Source of the DNA: an uncultured Gammaproteobacteria bacterium
GTDB lineage: Bacteria > Patescibacteriota > Patescibacteriia > Veblenbacterales > UBA10138
NCBI GenBank assembly: GCA_964567515.1
Contig: CAZMMW010000002.1
Span: 1-37,330 of the forward strand
Reading direction: 5' to 3'
Length of the DNA stretch: 37,330 nt
Shown here: positions 28,123 through 34,745 of the stretch, one piece after another
How positions within the stretch are numbered: the first letter of the stretch is position 1
How the letters are laid out: each line of letters starts with the position of its first letter
Program-made: the position numbers and the translations under genes
The notes under the pieces: generated by a model
What the model saw: only the letters and a program-made list of their open reading frames with translations
The model's database searches: none
Told to the model about the DNA's origin: nothing

Positions 28123-28866
28123 GTGTCATTTTTCCAACAGCTCTCTGGCGCTCAACATGACGATTGCTATTGTCATGTTGAGTATTATGGTGTAATGCGT
28201 ATAATTGACCGCCTAGTTAATGAACATCCTGAACGTATAACTATACGTTTAACTGTAACTGCCTTCTCGCTTCCTTACTTGGAAGAAACCGCCGAATTTT
28301 TATGTAAACGTTACCCTGGTATCCCGCAACAATACGAGCCGGCTATGGATTCGTGTTTTGCTGCCCAAGGAATTGCTGATTTCTCTATGCGTCTATTTGT
28401 AGATCAACTAATCAAGGCTTATCAAATAGGGATGAAATATAGCACTCCGATTGGCAATTCCTTTGCAAGAATATCACGATTTAACAGCGACATCAATCGT
28501 TTTTGTGGAGTAAGTTCAATGAAATATACCATTCTTCCAGATGGCAATATAGCTAGTTGCAGCCGAGTACATACCTCCACCGTTCGTTCAACACCATTTT
28601 ATCTTGGTAATATCAATGAGGTTGTTAATAAAAAACGTCCCGTATTCAAATTGCCAACAGTATGTAATGATTGCTATGCAAGATTTGCCTGCAAAGGCGG
28701 TTGCTATGCGCTTCGATATTCCTTTGGTATAAATAAAAATGATGGATTTTCTTTTTGTCATGAGATACGCAGATTGCTTCGTGAAATACTTATTTTACAA
28801 ACAAATAGAAAGGTGGTGAAAAATAGTGGTTCAAACAAATCAAACACCAATACAAACCGAGGATGA
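28123..28866 (+). pseudogene. 5'-truncated radical SAM/SPASM maturase paralog (C-terminal half only)
   Basis: From about 28195 it aligns to residues from about 205 to the end of the 30106 protein (ITIRLTVT/LGIRCTIS; FCGV...P.G....C.RV). The SPASM domain is intact (C-x12-G-x4-C and CNDCYARFACKGGC). The CxxxCxxC core is missing. The apparent N-terminus is translated R1 repeat. Confidence 0.75.
28124..28190. repeat. R1 unit-junction remnant
   Basis: tgtcat...ctcaacatgac gattgctatt gtcatgttgag has perfect 11-bp arms at 28151-28161 and 28172-28182. It matches the R1 unit junction at 37088-37115. Confidence 0.75.
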
Positions 28867-28960
28867 TCTCAATCAAATCGCTATCGTTAGTGTTTCTATT
28901 TCTGAAAAAGAATTCGCCGCTAACGCTTGCGAATGCGACGATTGCGATATCGGTGATTAG
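28826..28960 (+). CDS. putative Cys/Asp-rich precursor peptide P2 (44 aa)
   Basis: GTG start preceded by AAAGGTGGTGA. Translation: VQTNQTPIQTEDDLNQIAIVSVSISEKEFAANACECDDCDIGD. The core aligns with P1 (C..x..CD(L/I)G). Followed by a strong terminator. Confidence 0.5.
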   Translation: MVQTNQTPIQTEDDLNQIAIVSVSISEKEFAANACECDDCDIGD

Positions 28961-28971
28961 TTCCTTCCAAC

Positions 28972-29002
28972 AACGAGTAGCTATAGACGCTACTCGTTTT
29001 TT
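28972..29002 (+). terminator. rho-independent terminator
   Basis: aacgagtagc tatagac gctactcgtt has a perfect 10-bp stem running into a T-run. Confidence 0.75.
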
Positions 29003-29022
29003 ATAATATTATTTAATCAGTT

Positions 29023-29463
29023 ATGATAAATAGATTGACTAAAAAAAGGCTACTAAAAGCTATCTCTTTAATTCCACCATCACCTAACCAAGCCTATATA
29101 GAAAAGGTAATTGAAGCTGTTCATTCGCTATTTGATCAACATAAATATTATGTCTTAACTACTAAAAATTACCGCCTATCTCGAGGGGCTACTTTAAATT
29201 TTATTCTTAAAAATCGCTTACGAACCTGCGGCAGTATAACCACCGTTTTAGCCCATATCTTACGCTCAGTCGGTTTTACAGTAATGCTAGTTGACGGCAA
29301 ATTAAGAAAAGACAATAAGTGGAGCAAACATAGTTGGCTTAAAGTAAAACTGGGCAAAACCTGGCACAGTTTTGATCCTTTTTCAAAAAATTTTCTCATA
29401 GACAAAAAAACGCATAAAGTATTAGGGGTTTATTCGTCGTGGAAAGAAATTAAGCAAAAATAA
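29023..29463 (+). CDS. transglutaminase-like cysteine protease-fold protein
   Basis: Cys-His-Asp pattern: RTCGSITTVLAHILRSVGF ... KHSWLKV ... WHSFDP, with spacing typical of the transglutaminase core. Confidence 0.65.
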   Translation: MINRLTKKRLLKAISLIPPSPNQAYIEKVIEAVHSLFDQHKYYVLTTKNYRLSRGATLNFILKNRLRTCGSITTVLAHILRSVGFTVMLVDGKLRKDNKWSKHSWLKVKLGKTWHSFDPFSKNFLIDKKTHKVLGVYSSWKEIKQK

Positions 29464-29477
29464 TTCTCTTGCCGGTG

Positions 29478-29690
29478 GCGAACGAGTTTCACTATTCATT
29501 CTTCTAGCTTCTTGCTTCCTGATTCCAAATTCCAAAATTATTACTGAAAACCAATAACTAACTAGGAACTAAAAAGATTCCAACATTTACAACACTATAA
29601 CAAATTAAACTCAAAACTTAATTTTTCATTTTTAATTTTTAACTTTAAACTCTCATCACAGTTTTTGACAGTATAAACTGGTAATTACAC
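29478..29690. repeat. R2 copy 1
   Basis: gcgaacgagtttcactattcattcttc ... catttacaacactataacaaattaaactcaaaacttaatttttcatttttaatttttaactttaaactctcatcacagYttttgRcagtata. Shared with 36357-36647. The core is shared with 32419-32522. Confidence 0.85.
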
Positions 29691-29718
29691 CGACCACGCT
29701 TAAACTGTAATATTCAAA

Positions 29719-29746
29719 TTGACAAATAAAATAATTGTTATAAAAT
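29719..29746 (+). promoter_or_regulatory. sigma70-like promoter for the P1-rSAM operon
   Basis: TTGACA, a 16-nt spacer, then TAAAAT. Lies about 125 nt upstream of the P1 ATG. Confidence 0.5.
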
Positions 29747-29872
29747 ATTAATGGTTCTTTGAAAACTCCTCATGAGTAAATCAAGTGCAATATTGTTAAA
29801 TGTGTTATAAACATAGCAACAGCTTGAATGCAAAAAACCATTGGTTATTAAGAAAGGAGGTGAAGGAACACT

Positions 29873-29998
29873 ATGGATATAAAACGTTTAACCGAGCTCA
29901 GTCAAAATATTGTAAAACTTCCGGAATTCACGACCATGCGTGTACCAGAAGGGTGCAATGACTGCTGTTGTGATTTAGGCTGTGAAACGTATTCATAG
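29873..29998 (+). CDS. putative Cys-rich precursor peptide P1 (41 aa)
   Basis: AAAGGAGGTGAAGG SD lies 7 nt before the ATG. Translation: MDIKRLTELSQNIVKLPEFTTMRVPEGCNDCCCDLGCETYS. Sits 107 nt upstream of the rSAM gene on the same strand. Confidence 0.75.
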   Translation: MDIKRLTELSQNIVKLPEFTTMRVPEGCNDCCCDLGCETYS

Positions 29999-30028
29999 TC
30001 ACCGCCATCCAAACAATATAAAGCAGAC

Positions 30029-30064
30029 GAGGGAGTAATAAAGTATATACTTTATTACTCCCTC
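30029..30064 (+). promoter_or_regulatory. perfect 36-nt palindrome between P1 and the rSAM gene
   Basis: gagggagtaataaagtatatactttattactccctc equals its own reverse complement. No T-run follows. Confidence 0.7.
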
Positions 30065-30105
30065 ACTAGTTACAACATAATACCTAAAATAAGGAGATAA
30101 TATAA

Positions 30106-31368
30106 ATGCCACTACATCGCGTCTTTAAGATGTCTGTTCCACCAATGGGAACTATCGTATTTATGCCAGATGAAGAAAAACTCTTCCTAGTGGACGATGC
30201 CTCAACAATTCCTGACGAAATTATGAGTGAAACTCCGATTCCTTCTTTTACTCGTTTACCAGACTTCACTTATAGAGCAGCTCACTTGATCTTGAATAAC
30301 TTATGTAATCTGCAATGTACCTATTGTTATGCCAATGCCGGTGACTCGACTCCAATTGAAATGTCACCAATGGTAATGCGTGCCACCATAACCAAAATTG
30401 TATCTGACACTATTACCTTGGGACAATCAATATTCGAGCTTGGATTCATAGGGGGCGAGCCAACACTATCACTTGCGCTTATGAACGAAGGGGAACAGCT
30501 GGCGCGTCAATTGGCGGCTGAAGCTGGAATTAGAGCACGGGTCGGTATTGTAAGCAATGGTTACTATTCTGCTGATGTTGGTGATTATATTCTGAAGTAT
30601 CTTGACTATGCTACCATCTCTTTAGATGGTCCTCAAGAAATTCAAGATCATCAACGCCCGACACGAGGTGGGCGCGGATCCTTTGCTCAAGTCTATAACA
30701 ACGCCCAACGTCTATATGACGCGGGTTTCCCTCTTGGAATCCGTTGCACGATTTCTCGCGAAAGCGTTAATAGGCTTCCTCAAATAATTGAATTCCTGCA
30801 CAATTCGTTTCCTAAATCTGTAATCGGCTTAGAACCTCTGCAGGAATGTGGACGCTGTGCTCTTACTCACGCCTGCGGACCAAATCCAGAGGAATTGGTA
30901 GATCAAATGATTGAAGTGCTAAAGTTGGTATTATCGCGTCAAATCAAACTTAAATCTTCAATCTTGCGCTTTAAGATTCAAGGATCTGACATCAGTTTCT
31001 GTGGGGTGAATGGTCAAAATTTTGCTGTAACGCCACAAGGTTATGTAACCGCCTGCACTAGAGTAATTTCACACCAAGAACGCTCCGCTCAAATTTTTCA
31101 CTATGGATCTTATGACCACAACCTTAACCGTTTTGTCTTTGATACTGTAAGGTACGCCTGGCTGAAAAAGATAGTTGTTGACTCAATTGAACAGTGTGCC
31201 GATTGCTTCGCTCGATACAATTGTAAGGGAGATTGCGCGGCAATCAAAGCTGATGCCTATGGCGACGTTTTAATTACCCAACCCAGCCCTCGCTGTTCGT
31301 CAATCCGTCGATTAACAGAGGCTCTATTTCGACTACGTGTTGGATTAGAACCGGCAGCTAGCAAATAA
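30106..31368 (+). CDS. radical SAM/SPASM-domain peptide maturase
   Basis: AAGGAG SD. CNLQCTYCYA (CxxxCxxC) about 65 aa from the N-terminus, GGEP motif. SPASM: FCGVNGQNFAVTPQGYVTAC, CADCFARYNCKGDC and a downstream Cys. Confidence 0.9.
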   Translation: MPLHRVFKMSVPPMGTIVFMPDEEKLFLVDDASTIPDEIMSETPIPSFTRLPDFTYRAAHLILNNLCNLQCTYCYANAGDSTPIEMSPMVMRATITKIVSDTITLGQSIFELGFIGGEPTLSLALMNEGEQLARQLAAEAGIRARVGIVSNGYYSADVGDYILKYLDYATISLDGPQEIQDHQRPTRGGRGSFAQVYNNAQRLYDAGFPLGIRCTISRESVNRLPQIIEFLHNSFPKSVIGLEPLQECGRCALTHACGPNPEELVDQMIEVLKLVLSRQIKLKSSILRFKIQGSDISFCGVNGQNFAVTPQGYVTACTRVISHQERSAQIFHYGSYDHNLNRFVFDTVRYAWLKKIVVDSIEQCADCFARYNCKGDCAAIKADAYGDVLITQPSPRCSSIRRLTEALFRLRVGLEPAASK

Positions 31369-31381
31369 CTAGCTGTTTTTT
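31355..31381 (+). terminator. rho-independent terminator
   Basis: cagctag caaataa ctagctg followed by tttttt. The stop codon lies in the loop. Confidence 0.65.
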
Positions 31382-31471
31382 ATTAAAGCTAACCAGAAAT
31401 TCATCTACCGCGTGTTTCTTTAAATTAGATAGCTCCTTGTAATAGTTTAATCTAATTATTAAAATAGTAAT

Positions 31472-32356
31472 ATGACTATTATTCTAAAATCAAATAAGCA
31501 ACTCTTTGCTATGCATTTATTAATTGCGCTCTTGGAAAAAAGGGTAAATATATTTAATAATCGTAAATTAGAAAAACTCTTTAATTCTCTCTTGGTTGAT
31601 AAAAATTTTAAAAAATTAATCTCTAAGCTACGAGCTAATAATCTTAATTCTAACTCCTGCCGACGTTTTATAAATTTACTACTTCTACCACCTAATTCTC
31701 AATTTATTGATGAAGAATTATTAACACCATACCAAAACTTAAAACCTATATTAAACTCTTACATGAATTCTGACCCCATTGAAAAATTTTTTCAATTATA
31801 CTGCGAATATTTAACTAAATTTATTAAATATAAAAACCGCCTTTTTCAATCAGAAGCCCAACGTCTTCTGCGTTTCTTTCGCTTGCCTAGTTCTTGGTTT
31901 GGTATAATTTACGTTCATATTAATGCCCTTGATTCACTAGGGGTGGGGAATAATTACTTCCGTAAACATTCCTCTATAATCTCTGTGCCAACGCTGTCAG
32001 GGGGAACTATAAGTCTTTCAGGATTCCGCCATGAACTAATGCACATCATCCTGAAAAAATTATGGGTAAATAATCTGACTGCAACACATTTTCATCTGCA
32101 AGTTCCGAGCAACTACCAAACAGATAGTCTTCGGGTTCAATTTGATGAATATTTTATTGTAACAGCAAATATTTTCTTTCTCCCAGCCGATCGACAAAGT
32201 AAACAATTGGAATATTTAGCCAAACACGGTTTTTCTGATATTAATATCTTTTATAATTTCCTTAGATTAAATTTCCTAACCAGATCTAAAAAGCTAGAAG
32301 TAAAACTGTTAAAAGAGCTCCTAGATCTGCTTGAAAAACAGTTAAATAAATTATGA
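31472..32356 (+). CDS. hypothetical protein with HExxH motif (putative metallopeptidase)
   Basis: 294 aa, very AT-rich. Single HELMH motif (GFRHELMHIILKK). No third ligand identified. Confidence 0.4.
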   Translation: MTIILKSNKQLFAMHLLIALLEKRVNIFNNRKLEKLFNSLLVDKNFKKLISKLRANNLNSNSCRRFINLLLLPPNSQFIDEELLTPYQNLKPILNSYMNSDPIEKFFQLYCEYLTKFIKYKNRLFQSEAQRLLRFFRLPSSWFGIIYVHINALDSLGVGNNYFRKHSSIISVPTLSGGTISLSGFRHELMHIILKKLWVNNLTATHFHLQVPSNYQTDSLRVQFDEYFIVTANIFFLPADRQSKQLEYLAKHGFSDINIFYNFLRLNFLTRSKKLEVKLLKELLDLLEKQLNKL

Positions 32357-32418
32357 TTAGCAAATTAACCAAACAAAAGTTGCCCCAAACTGTTTCCTTC
32401 ATTCCCCTCGGGGACTAT
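32353..32418 (+). pseudogene. 5' remnant of a second transglutaminase-like gene
   Basis: The ATG overlaps the upstream stop (ATGA). MISKLTKQKLPQTVSFIP compares with MINRLTKKRLLKAISLIP at 29023. Homology ends where R2 copy 2 begins. Confidence 0.55.
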
Positions 32419-32522
32419 CATTTACAACACTATAACAAATTAAACTCAAAACTTAATTTTTCATTTTTAATTTTTAACTTTAAACTCTCATCACAGCTTT
32501 TGACAGTATAGACCAGTTACAC
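32419..32522. repeat. R2 copy 2 (core only)
   Basis: Near-identical to 29584-29690 and 36545-36647. Confidence 0.85.
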
Positions 32523-32528
32523 TATAAT
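32500..32528 (+). promoter_or_regulatory. consensus sigma70 promoter
   Basis: TTGACA (inside R2), exactly 17 nt, then TATAAT (just outside R2). Lies 110 nt upstream of the ATG at 32638. Confidence 0.6.
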
Positions 32529-32637
32529 TTGTTCCAAGTTTTACTCCTACCATAAACCCTCCTGATAAACATATCATTATAATTAAAGGGTTGTTTTATG
32601 TTATGCTTTATTTAGAGATCAACTATTATTTGTATTT

Positions 32638-33312
32638 ATGATAGCGGGAAATATAAAATTAAAGATGATAAGCTATGGTGTTCATTCGTCTATTAAGGGT
32701 AAATACTTTAAAGAATTTTCAAAGGCCGCTGATAAATTGATAAAATTCTTCCCGACTTCTCCATCTCTAGTTGAAATACACCTCTTTTCTAAACGAGGTG
32801 CTTTTGCTAAAAAAATTAAAAAGAAAAAAATTCCCAACTGGCTAATGGGGTATACACCAATAAGTAATCCTAACAAAATTTTTATTTATACCAAAGATTC
32901 TAGATTACTATCTAGTATTAGATTAAAAAAATTAGTACGACATGAATTAGCTCATGTTTTTACTAATCAGCTTAATCCTACTTTACCAACCTGGATAAAA
33001 GAAGGACTGGCGGTTTATTTAGCTAAACAGATTATCAAACCTTCTATTACCAAACGCGATTGGAAATTTATTAAACCGAATAAAAATTATAATTTTTTTG
33101 GCAGAAATTGGAACTCGCTGGTAAACAACCACCGAGCTTACAATAATTCCGGTTTGGTTGTTCAACAATTTATAAAAAGTTATGGACAAAAGAATTTTTT
33201 AAATGTATTAACCAAACATCAAACTAACCAAGATATAATCTTATCACTGGCTCTGTCTTTCAAAAAAACCAGTAAATCAATTATGGTGAATTTAGAAAAA
33301 CTATTATGCTAA
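32638..33312 (+). CDS. peptidase MA-like zinc metallopeptidase (HExxH...E)
   Basis: VRHELAHVFTNQLNPTLPTWIKEGLAVYLA follows the HExxH + W..EGlA gluzincin pattern. Confidence 0.6.
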   Translation: MIAGNIKLKMISYGVHSSIKGKYFKEFSKAADKLIKFFPTSPSLVEIHLFSKRGAFAKKIKKKKIPNWLMGYTPISNPNKIFIYTKDSRLLSSIRLKKLVRHELAHVFTNQLNPTLPTWIKEGLAVYLAKQIIKPSITKRDWKFIKPNKNYNFFGRNWNSLVNNHRAYNNSGLVVQQFIKSYGQKNFLNVLTKHQTNQDIILSLALSFKKTSKSIMVNLEKLLC

Positions 33313-33326
33313 GAGTAAAATAGATA

Positions 33327-34571
33327 ATGAATGATACTATTATGGTAAATCAAACGACTAAGAATCGAGTATGGATTTTTTATCTTAGTTCCTTTCTTAA
33401 TGCCCTATCAAGTGGTGTAGTAGGACCCTTGTTAATTGTGTATCTTCTTACTTTAAACCTTTCCACTGCCCAAGTTGGACTACTGCTAGCGATTGAACGC
33501 GGCGCTACCATAATAACTGAATTTCCTACTGGTGTTTTTGCTGACAAATATGGCCGACGTAAATCCCTTCTTATCTCCTTTGGTCTACTCGCCTTAATCC
33601 TTACTGCCTGGTTTTTTACTAAAAGCTACTTGGTTTTTATTATTCTTTCCTTTTGTTGGGGGCTAGCTTACACTTTCCAGAGTGGCGCTAAGGAATCTTT
33701 TGTGATTGACTCGCTTAATCTAGCCAACGATGATACTTCAAGAAATAAGGTATTCTCACGACTCGCTGCTGCTGGCAATTTTGGTTTAGTGATTGGTGGA
33801 TTAATAGCGGCCGGATTAACACTAGTTTCTCTACGTTCCATCTGGTTAGCGGCAGCGGTTGCTAACGGCTTCCTCTTCCTGCTCTTCCTGACAGCTACGC
33901 ACGAAATACCAAACAGCTCCGATACTAAAATTAATCGACAAGGAACGCTAAAAGGATTTATTTCATCATCACTTCAAAGTCTACGATCTATTTCTGCTTC
34001 ACGGACAATTTCTCGCCTCATGGGGATAACTATAATAGTTGGCCTAGTTATGGCAATCTATGGATTCTCTTACCCCATACTGTTTAAGACGCTTGGTTTG
34101 CCGCTCTACTACTTTGGCTTACTCGGTTCTGTGGCGGCAATCTTAGGAATTACTGGTGCTTTATTAGGAGAGAAAATAGTTAAACGTGCTGGATATCGCA
34201 CTTCACTCACCTACCTTACTTTTATTCTTATTATACTTTTTTCTATATTTGGCTTCACTGAAACTTTGGGAGTTACTATTCTACTTTTTGCTACAATTGA
34301 GTTAACGCTCCACGGTTGGTTTCCTATATATAATTCATTCCTAAATAAATTTATTCCAAATGGATTACGAAGTAGTCTATTATCAATAAATTCAACCTTA
34401 AGTTTGCTGGCTCTGGCTGGTGGCGAGCTTATGGCCGGCGCCTTAGTAATGATAGTCTCACCTGCTCAACTTATTGCCTGGGGAGGTATTCTACTTGTAA
34501 TCATCCTACTGCTACTTAGAAATATCAATCACTCTACAACAACGAATAATACACCAAAGGCAACGCGATGA
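33327..34571 (+). CDS. MFS transporter
   Basis: 414 aa with about 12 TM segments. MFS motif A: GVFADKYGRRKSLL. Confidence 0.85.
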   Translation: MNDTIMVNQTTKNRVWIFYLSSFLNALSSGVVGPLLIVYLLTLNLSTAQVGLLLAIERGATIITEFPTGVFADKYGRRKSLLISFGLLALILTAWFFTKSYLVFIILSFCWGLAYTFQSGAKESFVIDSLNLANDDTSRNKVFSRLAAAGNFGLVIGGLIAAGLTLVSLRSIWLAAAVANGFLFLLFLTATHEIPNSSDTKINRQGTLKGFISSSLQSLRSISASRTISRLMGITIIVGLVMAIYGFSYPILFKTLGLPLYYFGLLGSVAAILGITGALLGEKIVKRAGYRTSLTYLTFILIILFSIFGFTETLGVTILLFATIELTLHGWFPIYNSFLNKFIPNGLRSSLLSINSTLSLLALAGGELMAGALVMIVSPAQLIAWGGILLVIILLLLRNINHSTTTNNTPKATR

Positions 34572-34573
34572 AT

Positions 34574-34621
34574 AAAAAAGAGTCGTCTAAATAAGAAATA
34601 ATTTCCTATAATAAACGACTC
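34574..34621 (-). terminator. possible terminator for the minus-strand rSAM-P3 operon
   Basis: On the minus strand: gagtcgt ...28 nt... acgactc followed by ttttttatt. The long loop makes this weak. Confidence 0.35.
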
Positions 34622-34634
34622 GTGACGGTTGCTG

Positions 34635-34745
34635 TTAACAACACCCGCCTGCGCGACACATCGGATTCATATTGAGTTTACCAAGAATCCGCGCTGGCCT
34701 ACGAAGCGGCTTTGCTTTAAGACCAGTAATCGCTTGTTTTTTCAT
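34635..34745 (-). CDS. putative Cys-rich precursor peptide P3 (36 aa)
   Basis: The ATG directly abuts the rSAM TAG (TAGATG). GGAGGTGG SD lies 8 nt upstream. Translation: MKKQAITGLKAKPLRRPARILGKLNMNPMCRAGGCC. Confidence 0.7.
   Translation of the reverse strand: MKKQAITGLKAKPLRRPARILGKLNMNPMCRAGGCC

Noticed and set aside
29675-29680. TTGACA inside R2 copies 1 and 3 as functional promoters.
   Set aside because: At a 17-nt spacing the -10 positions read caccga (copy 1) and taccaa (copy 3). Only copy 2 has TATAAT. For P1 the separate TTGACA-16-TAAAAT at 29719 is the better candidate.
29169-30269. Minus-strand ORFs 29169-29405 and 30084-30269.
   Set aside because: They are antisense shadows of the transglutaminase-like gene and the rSAM gene.
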